From: a virus | Taxonomy: Duplodnaviria > Caudoviricetes | Reading direction: 5' to 3' (one strand) | DNA: 51,909 bases | Virus record (IMG/VR): IMGVR_UViG_3300009537_003043 | Span: 1 to 51,909 of that record | Part shown: positions 25,636 to 36,416 of the stretch, piece after piece | Layout of the letters: every line of letters starts with the position of its first letter | Numbering within the stretch: position 1 is the first letter of the stretch | Made by a program: the position numbers and the translations under genes | The notes under the pieces: generated by a model | The model's input: only the letters and a program-made list of their open reading frames with translations | The model's database searches: none | What the model was told of the DNA's origin: nothing

Positions 25636-27111
25636 ATGGACCCGCATCTTGGTGAGTTGATTCTGGCCGAGTACAACCGGCGGTTGGACCGCGGCACCCG
25701 GAAGGGCGGCGGCCTGGCGCGCCGCATCCGGGCTGAGTTGTTCAACAAGCAGGTGGAGTTCGTGAACGAACCGGCCCGGGCTGCAGCCGTGAAGTGCGAG
25801 CGGCGTGCCGGCAAGACCGTGGGGTTGCGGGGCAAGCTGATGGACACGGCCAACGCCGACTTGGCCAACGACTGCCTGTACCTGAACCCGCTGCGCCAGC
25901 AGGCGGAGTTCGTGATGTGGGACGGCCCGGACGGGATCAAGACCGCGTGCGCCCGGCTCAATATCGGGGCCCACTTCGACAACCAGAGTCTCGTGGCCAC
26001 GATGCCGAACGGGGCAAAAATCTACGTCGGGGGCGCGGAGAAGCGCAAGGACATTGAGCAATACCGGGGCCGCAAGTTCAAGATCGTGGTGATCGACGAG
26101 GCCGGATCGTTCCGGCCGCACCTGGAGCAACTGGTGACCGAGGTGCTGCAGCCGACGCTGATGGACCTGCAGGGCCAGTTGATTCTGGCCGGCACGCCGC
26201 CGAAGATTCTGGCCGGGCTGTTCTACAACGCGATCCGCTCCGACGGCGAGCGCAACCAGGCGTACCGGCTGTTCTCGTGGAGTATCTTCGACAACCCACA
26301 CATCAAAGACCCGGCCGCGTTCCACGAGTGGATTCTGGAGACCAACGGCTGGACGCGGCACAACTCGACGTTCCGCCGCGAGTACCTGGGCGAGGACGTG
26401 CGCGAGGAGGCGACGCTGGTCTACCGCGGGTACGAGGCGGCTCGGAACGGCTACCGCGAACTGCCGCCGCTGAACGACTGGTTCCACATCCTGGGCATCG
26501 ACCTGGGTTACGAGGACGACACGGCCTTCCGGGTCATCTCGTTCAGCCCGTCGCACCCGCGCGCGTTTCTGGGCCGGTGTTTCAAGCGCAAGCACATGAC
26601 GGTCACCGAGGTGGCGGACGTGGTGCGGGCCTGGGATTCGGAGTACGGCTTCGTGGCCAAGGTGGCGGACTTTGGCGGCGGTGGTAAGCAGATCGTGGCC
26701 GAACTGAACGAGCGGTTCACCCTGGCCATCGCGCCGGCCGATAAGGCGGCCAAGGCATCGTTCATCGAGATGCTGAACGACGACCTGTGGGCAGGGCGGC
26801 TGATGGTGCCGGTGGGCGACCCGGTACTGGACGAGTGGGAGAAGTTGCAGTGGAACGAGATTGAGCGCCTGCGCGGCGGTGAGCGTGTGACGGTGCGGAT
26901 CGAGGACCCGCGGATGCCGAACCACCTGTCCGACGCCACGCTGTACGCCTGGCGCGAGGCGAAGCACTTCGCGTTCGTGCCCCAGGCCGAGACTCCGAAG
27001 CCCGGCGAGGCCCACTACGCCGATTGGGAGGCCGAAGAGATGGCCCGTCTGACTGAGAAACGGTTTGGCGAGGCCGCCGGGCAATGGTGGGAAGAGGGGT
27101 GGACGTCATGA
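25636..27111 (+). CDS. terL: Terminase large subunit
   Basis: RRAGKT, VVIDEA, GTP, GIDLG, NHLSDA. Confidence 0.95.
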   Translation: MDPHLGELILAEYNRRLDRGTRKGGGLARRIRAELFNKQVEFVNEPARAAAVKCERRAGKTVGLRGKLMDTANADLANDCLYLNPLRQQAEFVMWDGPDGIKTACARLNIGAHFDNQSLVATMPNGAKIYVGGAEKRKDIEQYRGRKFKIVVIDEAGSFRPHLEQLVTEVLQPTLMDLQGQLILAGTPPKILAGLFYNAIRSDGERNQAYRLFSWSIFDNPHIKDPAAFHEWILETNGWTRHNSTFRREYLGEDVREEATLVYRGYEAARNGYRELPPLNDWFHILGIDLGYEDDTAFRVISFSPSHPRAFLGRCFKRKHMTVTEVADVVRAWDSEYGFVAKVADFGGGGKQIVAELNERFTLAIAPADKAAKASFIEMLNDDLWAGRLMVPVGDPVLDEWEKLQWNEIERLRGGERVTVRIEDPRMPNHLSDATLYAWREAKHFAFVPQAETPKPGEAHYADWEAEEMARLTEKRFGEAAGQWWEEGWTS

Positions 27112-27201
27112 ACATCCAGAACGAGAATTGGACGAGATGTTGGCCGGTTTATGTTTTGCGGAGAACTAATCGGCTTGCGAAACCCTTATGGAGTTGCTGG
27201 C

Positions 27202-27471
27202 ATGATCGACGAGTACGCGCGGAAGCAGATCGCCGAATTTCTGGACATGGTGCGCGACCGGGGCATCCGGGCCATCAAGATCGAGCACGAGGGTATGAGC
27301 CTGGACGTGGTGTTCGACACCGGGGAACTCGCTGAGCAGTCCATTGCCGTTGACCCCGGGGCCGTGCCCCACTACCCGTATCAGGACCCGAAGCGCCCGG
27401 CCGGCGCTGTGGACGCCGAAGACGGCGCCACCGAACTGACGGAAGAAGAACTCTACGCGGCGAGCGGCTAA
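27202..27471 (+). CDS. Hypothetical protein
   Basis: SD ggag; lies between TerL and portal. Confidence 0.65.
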   Translation: MIDEYARKQIAEFLDMVRDRGIRAIKIEHEGMSLDVVFDTGELAEQSIAVDPGAVPHYPYQDPKRPAGAVDAEDGATELTEEELYAASG

Positions 27472-27483
27472 GGAGAATCGGCC

Positions 27484-29418
27484 ATGGCACGAGACACAGG
27501 ACCGCGCATCGAGCGCAAGATCGAGAGTGGCCACGACCTGGAGCCGCAGACCGTCTACAAGGGCAGTCAGGCGCAGCGCCAAGCGTCCCTGTGGTGGCAG
27601 CTTCCGGCTGCGGCCGGGGGTTCGGCTCCCGAATCCGACAGGCCCCACCGCCCGCTTTTCACCCTGGTGGATCGGCTCAAGGAAGAGCAGCGGCCCCGGT
27701 TCGACCGCATCGACCGCTACATGCGGCTCTACGGGGGGCGGAACTTCACGCGGCTGGACGCGAAGAACTACTTTCGCGAAGCCCCGGCGGCGCAGGACCA
27801 GTTGGTTTCCTTCAACGGCATCCAGTCCGTGGTGGACACCGTGATGTCCAAGGTGGCGAAGAATAAGCCGGTGCCGCAGTTCCTGACCGAGGGCGGCCAG
27901 TTCGACGAGCGCATGCGGGCCAAGAAGATGACCCGCTATGTGACCGGCGTGTTCCACGACCAGGCCGTGTACAAGCAGGGCCGGTACGTCACTCAGAGCG
28001 CGGCCATCCTGGGCGACGGGTACTTTTACCCGTACCGGATGGGTGACCGGGTGGCCGTGGAGTGGGTGTTCCCCAAGGAGTTGCTGATCGACCCGGTGGA
28101 AGCCTTCTTCGGGCAGCCCGGGAACATCTACCGCGACAAAAACGTGCCGCGGCACAAGCTACTGGCCATGTTTCCGAAGCACCAGACGAAGATTCTTGCC
28201 GCGCCGTCGGTCGAGGACACCGGCTCCGACACGACGCTCGACCACGTGCGGGTCGTGGAGGCGTGGCACCTTGCGTCCGGCCCGGAGGCCGAGGACGGCC
28301 GGCACGTCCTGGCCATCGAGGGCGAAACCCTGCTGGACGAGGTGTACAAGCGGCACTACGAACCGTTCGTGAAGCTGCACTGGAGCGACCCCCTGATCGG
28401 CTGGCACGGCCGTGGCCTCTCGGAGGAGTTGCAGGGCCTTCAGGTGGAGGCGAACCGGCTGCTCATCAAGATTCAGAAGACATTCCACCTCGCGGCCGTG
28501 CCGTGGGTGCTCACTCCGTCCGGGGCCAACATTTCGACCGCGGACATCCGTAACGAGATCGGGCTGGTGCTGCGCTACCACGGCGCCGTGCCGCCGCGCA
28601 TCACGACCCACCAGACCGTTCACCCGGAGGTCTTTTCTCACCTGGAACGGCTGGTGCGGATGATGTACGAGAAGGCCGGCATATCGCAGATGAGCGCGTC
28701 GGCCAAGAAGCCGCCCGGCCTGGAAAGTGGGATTGCGTTGCGCGAGTACCACGACATCGAGACCGAGCGGCTGGTGCTGTTCGCCCAGGCGCACGAGCAG
28801 ATGTACCTGGAGTTGGCGCGCCGTGTGATCGACCTGTCCCGCGAGATCGCCAAGCAAACCGGTCTCAAGGAGGGCCAGCCGGGCATGAGCGTCCGGTCGC
28901 CCGGCCGCCGGTACTTCGACATGATAAAATGGGAGGACGTGGACCTGAACGACGAGCGGTACATCATGCAGGTCTTCCCGATTTCCTCACTGCCGTCGTC
29001 TCCCGCTGGGCGGAAGGACGAGGTGTTGGACTTGTTGGAAGCCGGGTTTCTGGACATGCCGACCGCGATGCAGTTGCTCGACTTCCCGGACCTGTCGGCC
29101 GAGAAGCAGATTCAGCTTGCTGCCATCGAGAACATCGACTGGACTATCGCCGAAATGCTGGAGTCCGGGCGCTACCATCCGCCAGAGTCCATGCAGGACC
29201 TGACGCTGGGTCTGCAGCGCGTGAACAGCGCCTACCTGATGGCGCGCACCGACGGCGCGCCGGAAGCGCGTCTGAACATGATGCGCCGGTGGCTCACCAC
29301 GGCCGAGGCGATGCTGGCCGCCGCGGCGGAACCGCAGGCGCCCGTTCCCCCAGAACCAGCTGCGCCGGCTTTGCCCGCCGGGCTGCCGGCCGAGATGGTG
29401 CCGCCGGCCGCCGCCTGA
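27484..29418 (+). CDS. Portal protein
   Basis: 644 aa after TerL; helical; GISQMS...SGIAL portal-like segment. Confidence 0.85.
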   Translation: MARDTGPRIERKIESGHDLEPQTVYKGSQAQRQASLWWQLPAAAGGSAPESDRPHRPLFTLVDRLKEEQRPRFDRIDRYMRLYGGRNFTRLDAKNYFREAPAAQDQLVSFNGIQSVVDTVMSKVAKNKPVPQFLTEGGQFDERMRAKKMTRYVTGVFHDQAVYKQGRYVTQSAAILGDGYFYPYRMGDRVAVEWVFPKELLIDPVEAFFGQPGNIYRDKNVPRHKLLAMFPKHQTKILAAPSVEDTGSDTTLDHVRVVEAWHLASGPEAEDGRHVLAIEGETLLDEVYKRHYEPFVKLHWSDPLIGWHGRGLSEELQGLQVEANRLLIKIQKTFHLAAVPWVLTPSGANISTADIRNEIGLVLRYHGAVPPRITTHQTVHPEVFSHLERLVRMMYEKAGISQMSASAKKPPGLESGIALREYHDIETERLVLFAQAHEQMYLELARRVIDLSREIAKQTGLKEGQPGMSVRSPGRRYFDMIKWEDVDLNDERYIMQVFPISSLPSSPAGRKDEVLDLLEAGFLDMPTAMQLLDFPDLSAEKQIQLAAIENIDWTIAEMLESGRYHPPESMQDLTLGLQRVNSAYLMARTDGAPEARLNMMRRWLTTAEAMLAAAAEPQAPVPPEPAAPALPAGLPAEMVPPAAA

Positions 29419-29442
29419 TCCAGACTCTCAAGGAGGTATCCC

Positions 29443-30564
29443 ATGGCAGTCGAACGAACCGTGGTTGACGAGCAGCAGGTCGCCGCTGGCGCGAATCCGA
29501 ACTACGCGGCCGAGGCTGAGCGCGTGATGAACTCAGCGTCGGCGCCCGCCGATGAACAATCTACGCAGGGCCAACCTGCCCCCGAGGCACAGCCGAGCGC
29601 TGCCCCCGCCGATGGGACTGCGTCTCCCAAAGCACAACCTGAAGGGGGAGCCTCGCCCGCGACGCCGCAGCAGCAGGAGCAGCCCAAGCCGGGCGACCCG
29701 GAAGGCCCGCTGGCCCAGCACTACGTCGACCTGATGCGCCGGGAAGGGAGCCTGACACGCAAAGAGGTTGACCTGCGGCGGCGGGAGGAAGCCGTGCAGG
29801 GCAAGGAATCCAACCTGAGCGACCTGCAGCGGCTGGCGCAGGAGAACCCGCTGCAGGCCATCGAAAAGCTGGGCCTCGACTACGCGGCCGTTACCCGATT
29901 CGCCATCGAGCAAGGCCGCGGCGGCGGTGAAAACGCGCTCCATCGCCAGATGAACACCGAAATGACGCGCCTCTCCGAGGAAGTGCAGAACCTGAAAAAG
30001 GAACTGGAATCCGAGCGTACCGGCCGGGTGGCGCACACGCTGGAGTCCGACGCCAAGATGGCGCTTGACAAGAACCCCGATTGGGAGTTATCACAGTTTC
30101 ACGGGCAGGACGCCATCGACTTCGCTCTTCGGGTGTATGGTGCCGTCGAACAGGAATACGGCTACCGCCCCACCTGGCAACAGGTGTACGACCAGGTGGA
30201 AAAGCACTACGAGGATACGGCGTCCCGGCTGGCCCAGCTCCCAAAGGTCCGTTCATCGCTGAACCCGCCCGGATCACAACAGCCGAGTCCCAACGATTCA
30301 ACCCAGCAGCCGCCAGCCCCACAGGCCGGCGCACCGCAACCGGCAGCCGCCGCGGGCACTCCCCCAGCGCAGCAGGCGCCGCCACAAACACCCCCACAGG
30401 CCCAAGCGCAGCCGGGCACCGTCGCTCAACCACAGGCCGCAGCGCCCACGTTGAGCAACGAAATGAACGCCAACGCCGGCGTTCGCGCGCCGACCGGCGT
30501 GCTGTCCGACGATGAGTTGCGCAGGCAGGCCATGGAGTTGATGGAACGGGCGGAAAAGGGCTGA
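29443..30564 (+). CDS. Capsid scaffolding protein
   Basis: Low-complexity and coiled-coil; between portal and capsid. Confidence 0.75.
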   Translation: MAVERTVVDEQQVAAGANPNYAAEAERVMNSASAPADEQSTQGQPAPEAQPSAAPADGTASPKAQPEGGASPATPQQQEQPKPGDPEGPLAQHYVDLMRREGSLTRKEVDLRRREEAVQGKESNLSDLQRLAQENPLQAIEKLGLDYAAVTRFAIEQGRGGGENALHRQMNTEMTRLSEEVQNLKKELESERTGRVAHTLESDAKMALDKNPDWELSQFHGQDAIDFALRVYGAVEQEYGYRPTWQQVYDQVEKHYEDTASRLAQLPKVRSSLNPPGSQQPSPNDSTQQPPAPQAGAPQPAAAAGTPPAQQAPPQTPPQAQAQPGTVAQPQAAAPTLSNEMNANAGVRAPTGVLSDDELRRQAMELMERAEKG

Positions 30565-30684
30565 TCGCCCCGCCCGCGTAGTCCCCACAGACCGGGAAGT
30601 GTCGGGGGTCTCCCCGCAGGAATGCGGCCCACGGCGTCGAAAACAACCGACAAGCCGTGAACCACATTCCACTGGAGGCCCACC

Positions 30685-31887
30685 ATGGCCCTCGACATGA
30701 CCACCGCCGCCGCGGTACTCAAGACCCTCTACCCGCCCGAGCGCATCAAGCGCTTGTGCTATGAGCACAACCCGTTCTTCGCCATGGTGGCCAAGGACGA
30801 GTCGTTCACGGGCGAAAACCTGAAGCAACCCGTCCAGTACGGCAACCCGCAGGGGCGCAGCGCCACGTTCGCCACCGCGCAGACCAATGCCGACAACTCG
30901 AAGTACAAGGCGTTCACCCTGACGCGCGTGAAGGACTACGGCGTCGCCGTGATCGCCAACGAGACGGTCAAGGCCGCGGCCAACGACCGTGGCGCGTTCA
31001 TCCGGACCCTGGAGTCCGAGATGAATAACATGCTGTTCAGCCTCAAACGCTCCATCGCCACGTCCCTGTACCGCAACGGGTCGGGCTCCATCGGCCGCCT
31101 GTCGGCCACCTCCGGCGTCACCACGGCGATCACGCTCTCCGAACGCCTCGACCACGTGAACTTCGAGGAAGGCATGGTGCTGCAGCTGTCCACCGCGGAC
31201 GGCACCGGCTCGCTCAAGACCGGCACCACGAAGATCACCGATGTCAACCGCGGCACCGGCGTCCTCACCGTGGACACGTCCCTCGCCACGTTCACCCCCG
31301 TCGGGGCCGTGAACGACTACATCTTCATGCAGGGCGACCACGCCGCGAAGATCAGTGGGCTGGCGGCCTGGATTCCGACATCGGCGCCGACGGCCACCAC
31401 GTTCTTCAGCGTGGATCGCACGGCCGACACCGAGCGGCTGGGTGGCGTGCGCATCACTGGCAGCGGGGCCCCCATCGATGAGGTGCTGATCGACGCCATG
31501 GGGGAAATGGGCTCCTACGGGGCCGCGCCCGACGTGTTCTTCATGAACTACAAGCAGTGGCAGGCCCTGGCGAAGACCTTGGAAGGCAAAGTGCAGATCG
31601 TCAACCTGAACGTCGATGGCCTGGTCGGCTTCCGGGGAATGCGGCTGCAGGGGCCGACCGGCGCCGTGGACATCGTGCCCGACGTGAACTGCCCGGCCGG
31701 CTACGGCTACCTGCTCCAGATGAACACCTGGAAGCTGTACAGCCTGGGGCCGGTGCCGCACCTGTTCGACACCGACGGGCTGTCCTCGCTGCGGCAGGCG
31801 AGCGCCGACGGCGTGGAAGTGCGCGGCCAGTACTACGCGCAGCTTGGGTGCTCCGCGCCGGGCTGGAATGCCGTCATCATCTTTTAA
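30685..31887 (+). CDS. Major capsid protein
   Basis: 400 aa after the scaffold; strong codon bias; ends LGCSAPGWNAVI. Confidence 0.88.
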   Translation: MALDMTTAAAVLKTLYPPERIKRLCYEHNPFFAMVAKDESFTGENLKQPVQYGNPQGRSATFATAQTNADNSKYKAFTLTRVKDYGVAVIANETVKAAANDRGAFIRTLESEMNNMLFSLKRSIATSLYRNGSGSIGRLSATSGVTTAITLSERLDHVNFEEGMVLQLSTADGTGSLKTGTTKITDVNRGTGVLTVDTSLATFTPVGAVNDYIFMQGDHAAKISGLAAWIPTSAPTATTFFSVDRTADTERLGGVRITGSGAPIDEVLIDAMGEMGSYGAAPDVFFMNYKQWQALAKTLEGKVQIVNLNVDGLVGFRGMRLQGPTGAVDIVPDVNCPAGYGYLLQMNTWKLYSLGPVPHLFDTDGLSSLRQASADGVEVRGQYYAQLGCSAPGWNAVIIF

Positions 31888-31966
31888 CGGGGCGTGCCCC
31901 TGAACCAGACGGGTGGGTGCGGCCGATGGTCGCCCCACCTCGACATCAACCATACGGAGGCACCCC

Positions 31967-32350
31967 ATGGCGGACCGCACCGGGTACCAGGCTAAGAGCC
32001 TGGACATCAACGTCTACGCCCTCGCGTTCTCGTTCGCACCGAACGGGGCCAGCGCGGTCGATCAGGACAGCATCGTCGGCCGCGGGATCGCATCGGTCAC
32101 CCGCGACGACACCGGCGACTTCACCATCGTGCTGGAGGACAAGTGGTACGCGCTGCTTTCCGCTCAGTTCACGATTTCCCACAACGCCGATACCGACGTG
32201 GTGGCGCAGATCGCTTCGGAGGACGTGAACGGCAGCACGCCAAAGATCGTGATTCGCATTCTGGCCGTCGCGACGCCGACCGACATCGCTGCCAACGCGA
32301 ACAACCGCGTGTACGGGCTGCTGATGCTTCGCAACAGCGGCGTGGCCTGA
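31967..32350 (+). CDS. Putative virion (decoration-like) protein
   Basis: Beta-rich; directly after the capsid gene; SD ggagg. Confidence 0.6.
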   Translation: MADRTGYQAKSLDINVYALAFSFAPNGASAVDQDSIVGRGIASVTRDDTGDFTIVLEDKWYALLSAQFTISHNADTDVVAQIASEDVNGSTPKIVIRILAVATPTDIAANANNRVYGLLMLRNSGVA

Positions 32351-32413
32351 CCCTCAAGGTGACGCCGGGGCTGCTTGTGGCTTCGGCGCCCCGCCACCCA
32401 CAGGGAGGCCCCA

Positions 32414-33361
32414 ATGGCCCGGATGGTCAGCCTGCAAAACATGATGGACAGGGCCCGCCGCGCGGCCGACATGGAGCGTAGCACCGTGTTCATCAGCGAC
32501 GCGGAACTGATCGACCTTCTCAACGAGGGGGTGCCGGAGTTGTACGACCTGCTGGTGGCTGCCTATGGAGAAGATTACTTCCACAAGACCGAGCTCAGCA
32601 CCTTCACTGCCGCCAAGGTCTCCTACCCGCTTCCCGCCGATTTTTTCAAGCTCAAGGGCGTCGATGTCGAAAGCGACACGGCCAACAGCGGCGACTGGCT
32701 TCCGATCCGCCGCTTCGAGGAGCGTCAGCGGACGATGGGCGAAGGCTACCAGTCCGTGGCGTCCGTCTGGATCGAGTACAGGCTGCGCGGCGCCACCATC
32801 GAGTTCAAGCCGCCGCCCGCCGACACCCGCCGGTATCGCGCCCAGTACGTTCCGACCGCGCCGGTGCTGGTGAAGGAGACCGCTGCGGCTGCGGCCGTGG
32901 ATGCGGGTGACGACACGATCACGTTGACCGACCACGGCCTGTTCACCAAGCATCCGGTGCGGGTCAGCACCGACGACACTCTCCCGGCCGGCCTGGCGGC
33001 CAGCACGACCTACTACGTGATCATCGTGGACGCCGACACCATCAGTTTGGCCACCAGCGAGGAAAATGCCGACGACGGGACGGCCGTGGACATCACGGAT
33101 GGCGGCACCGGCACCCATACGGTGCTCAGCATGTTCGACGGGGTGAACGGATGGGAGAAATTGCCGATCCTGACCGCGGCGATCAGCATGTTGGCCAAGG
33201 AGGAAAGCGACACGCGCGCCCTTGAACGGGAGCGCGACCGGATGTGGGCCCGGCTGGAACGGATGGCCGACAACCGCGATCAAGGCGAGCCGGCAGTCAT
33301 TCAGGACGTGCAGGGCGACATGGAGTTCGACCAGTCGTTGTTGCGCTGGCCACCCCCGTAA
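32414..33361 (+). CDS. Head-tail adaptor-like protein with inserted repeat domain
   Basis: ISDAELIDLLN...YPLPADF adaptor-like start; insertion at about 32880-33126. Confidence 0.7.
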   Translation: MARMVSLQNMMDRARRAADMERSTVFISDAELIDLLNEGVPELYDLLVAAYGEDYFHKTELSTFTAAKVSYPLPADFFKLKGVDVESDTANSGDWLPIRRFEERQRTMGEGYQSVASVWIEYRLRGATIEFKPPPADTRRYRAQYVPTAPVLVKETAAAAAVDAGDDTITLTDHGLFTKHPVRVSTDDTLPAGLAASTTYYVIIVDADTISLATSEENADDGTAVDITDGGTGTHTVLSMFDGVNGWEKLPILTAAISMLAKEESDTRALERERDRMWARLERMADNRDQGEPAVIQDVQGDMEFDQSLLRWPPP

Positions 33362-33382
33362 CCCGATCAGGCGTGAGGACCC

Positions 33383-33862
33383 ATGGACGACGCGATCAAA
33401 AAGGCATTTCGCAAGCACTGGAAGCAGCGCGAGCACACGAAGTCGGAGTTGGAGGCGTTCGGCGCGGCGCTGAACCCGGCGGTGGAACTGGCAGCCGGAG
33501 ACAGCACGAACAAGATGGTGGATGCGTGCCTGGCCCACATCGAGGCCCAGGGCATCGAGATCAAGCCGCTGGCCGACCCGCCCAACTGGCAGCAGGTGCC
33601 CAACGTGGTGGCCACCGACCAGGCCCCGGGCCCGGCGGTGGAACAGCACGAACATCCGCAGCCGGAAGAACCCCAGCAGTCGCCCAGCCCGTCCGTGCCC
33701 CGGATCGACCGGGAGCGACTGGCCGTGTGCCTGACGCAACTGGAAGAACTGCTGCGGTTGCCCCCGGCGCACCAGAACTATCTCAGCGATTCGGATCGCC
33801 ACCGCGCCCAGACCGGCCAACGGCTGATCGCCGAAACGCGCGCCGCCGCCGGATTGGAGTAG
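33383..33862 (+). CDS. Hypothetical protein
   Basis: SD gagga. Confidence 0.65.
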   Translation: MDDAIKKAFRKHWKQREHTKSELEAFGAALNPAVELAAGDSTNKMVDACLAHIEAQGIEIKPLADPPNWQQVPNVVATDQAPGPAVEQHEHPQPEEPQQSPSPSVPRIDRERLAVCLTQLEELLRLPPAHQNYLSDSDRHRAQTGQRLIAETRAAAGLE

Positions 33863-33865
33863 CCG

Positions 33866-34177
33866 ATGCGGCCTTTCCAGCGCCTGGTGACCGAGGATCA
33901 GGAACTCAACCGCGTGCAGCAGAACATGGCCGAGGCCCTGCGGCCGGTGCTGACCGCCGCGGTGCTGGACGGGCGGCTCGTGGAGGACGTGGCGCTGGCG
34001 ACCGGGCAGGACAACGTGGTCAACCATGGGCTTGGGCGCGCCGTGCGCGGCTGGCTGGTCGTGCGGCAGAACGCGCAGGCAGACCTGTGGGACACGCAGG
34101 CGTCCAACGCCGTTCCAGGCCGGACGCTGCTGATGCGCACCAGCGCGACCGTTACCGTCACCTTGTGGGTGTTCTAG
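33866..34177 (+). CDS. Putative tail/virion protein
   Basis: VNHGLGRAVRGWLVV; position in the tail module. Confidence 0.6.
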   Translation: MRPFQRLVTEDQELNRVQQNMAEALRPVLTAAVLDGRLVEDVALATGQDNVVNHGLGRAVRGWLVVRQNAQADLWDTQASNAVPGRTLLMRTSATVTVTLWVF

Positions 34178-34190
34178 GAGACCGTCACCG

Positions 34191-36401
34191 ATGACCACTG
34201 CGTTGATGAACATGGACCTGCCCACGGTAGGGCCGAGCGGCACCTTGGGCCCCGCGTGGGCCACCAAGCTGAACGTGGCTTTGGAGGTCGTGGACGCCCA
34301 CGATCACGCTTCCGGCAACGGCGCCCGGGTCACGCCGGCCGGCCTGAACATCAACGCCGACCTGGCCTTCAACGGCTACAACATCGACACCGCGAAGTCG
34401 GTGCGGCTGTCCGACCTGTCGGCCACCCTGGCCGCGGCGGGCGACGTGCGCAGCCTGTACGCGGTCAACGGCGACCTGTACTACAACAACGAGGACGGCA
34501 CGCCGGTGCGCCTCACGGACGGCACCGGGCTCAACGCGGCGTCCATCGGCGGCATCGGCGGCGATTACGCCACCAGTTCGGCCAACGTCACCTATTCCGA
34601 CACCACAAAAGCCTTCAGCTTCACGCAATCCGCCGGGGTGACCGCCGACATCACAGCCGGCAGCCTGCTGATCCACGAGAACATCGTCTCGGCCAACCCG
34701 ATCACGGTCCAGAGCCCGTCGGCCCTGGCGGCGTCCTACGACCTGACGCTGTTCGACACGCTGCCGGCCACGGTCACGACCGTCGTGCAGATTTCCACCG
34801 CTGGCGTGCTCAGTCACTCGAACACGCTGGCCAACCTGACGCTTTCCGGCACCGTGCTGGGCACCTACACCCTGGGCGGCACGCCCACCTGGAGCGGCGG
34901 CACCTTCACCGGCACCATCGCGGCCTCCGGCGCCACGCTGACCAGCCCCACGCTGACCACGCCACAGATCAACGACACCAGCGCCGACCACCAGTACATC
35001 TTCGCGGTCAACGAACTGATAGCGGATCGCACCGTCACACTGCCGCTGTTGACCGGCAACGATGAGTTCGTGTTCGCGGCCCACGCCGTGACGCTCACCA
35101 ACAAGACGCTCACTGCGCCGGACATCAACGGCGGCACGGCCGACAGCCTCACCAGCCTGTCCATTCGCAGCACCGGCGCCGCCTTCGACCTGACGCTGGC
35201 CAGCACCGAGGTCTTCACCGCCGGGCGCACGCTCACGCTGACACTGAACGACGTGGCCCGCGCTATCGACCTGAGCGGCGACCTGACGCTGGGCGGCGCC
35301 TTCACCACCAGCAGCACCGCGAGCATCACGGGAGCCTTCACCACCGCTGGGGCCTTCACCACCGCTGGGGCCTATGCGCTCACCCTGACCCAGACCGGGG
35401 CGACCAACGTCACACTGCCGACGACTGGCACGCTGGCGAGCCTGGGCGGCATAGAAACCCTGACCAACAAGACACTTACTGGCGCCACGCTGACCACGGT
35501 GGACATCAACTCCGGGGCAATTGACGGCACGACCATCGGAGCCACCAGCCCGAGTACGGGGGCGTTTACCACGCTGAGCGCGACGGGGAACGTTACGGCT
35601 GGAAGCGGTGCTGCCGGTTTGTACGAGTACCGTATCATTGCGGAGCAGTACGCCAAATATCTTTTCGAGGTCACCGGCGCCGCTACGGACGAGGGCAAAT
35701 GGCAACTTTATGCCACGGGCAACGGCGTTCTGGCAGATGGTTCCATGATTCTCGCCAGTTTGCCGGATTCGGAGGGCGCGGGCGGGGATGTTATTTACAA
35801 ATTCTACCGCAGCGGCCCGGATCACACACAGACGGATTTCAAAGTCGAAAACGCTAATGTGCTTGTTTTGACCGCTGCTGGCGCCACCCTCGCCAACACC
35901 AAAGACCTGCTCTGCGCGACGGACGGCGGAAGCGACATCGGGGCGACGGCCACCCGGTTCGGTACCGGCTACTTCGATGCGCTGAGCGCGGATACGATCA
36001 GCGAGGGGAACGGGGCGAACGGGGTCACGATTGATGGGGTGCTACTGAAGGACTCCGGCATCCAGACTGATTCCGGCGGAACGAATGAAATTCTCCGCAC
36101 GAAGGTCATCGAAATTGGCGACTGGAATATGGATACTACCTTAGGTGTTTCTGTTGCACATGGTCTTACCTTAAGCAAAATCCGTACGATAACCGCTGTG
36201 ATTAGAAATGACGCTGACTCCGCCTACTACCCACTTACACACAACTACTTTACCTCTCCAGCAGAGGTAGACGGGTTCGTGGGCTATGCAGGCACCACAG
36301 ACGTTGCATTATTTCGCCGCGCAGGTGGAATTTTTGATAGCACAGCTTATGACAGTACCAGCTACAATCGTGGTTGGGTTACTATTATCTACGCCGTGTA
36401 A
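34191..36401 (+). CDS. Tail fibre / receptor-binding protein
   Basis: T/G/A-rich; TLTNKTLT repeats; AHDH N-terminal anchor. Confidence 0.78.
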   Translation: MTTALMNMDLPTVGPSGTLGPAWATKLNVALEVVDAHDHASGNGARVTPAGLNINADLAFNGYNIDTAKSVRLSDLSATLAAAGDVRSLYAVNGDLYYNNEDGTPVRLTDGTGLNAASIGGIGGDYATSSANVTYSDTTKAFSFTQSAGVTADITAGSLLIHENIVSANPITVQSPSALAASYDLTLFDTLPATVTTVVQISTAGVLSHSNTLANLTLSGTVLGTYTLGGTPTWSGGTFTGTIAASGATLTSPTLTTPQINDTSADHQYIFAVNELIADRTVTLPLLTGNDEFVFAAHAVTLTNKTLTAPDINGGTADSLTSLSIRSTGAAFDLTLASTEVFTAGRTLTLTLNDVARAIDLSGDLTLGGAFTTSSTASITGAFTTAGAFTTAGAYALTLTQTGATNVTLPTTGTLASLGGIETLTNKTLTGATLTTVDINSGAIDGTTIGATSPSTGAFTTLSATGNVTAGSGAAGLYEYRIIAEQYAKYLFEVTGAATDEGKWQLYATGNGVLADGSMILASLPDSEGAGGDVIYKFYRSGPDHTQTDFKVENANVLVLTAAGATLANTKDLLCATDGGSDIGATATRFGTGYFDALSADTISEGNGANGVTIDGVLLKDSGIQTDSGGTNEILRTKVIEIGDWNMDTTLGVSVAHGLTLSKIRTITAVIRNDADSAYYPLTHNYFTSPAEVDGFVGYAGTTDVALFRRAGGIFDSTAYDSTSYNRGWVTIIYAV

Positions 36402-36416
36402 ACCAGGAGGTGCAAT

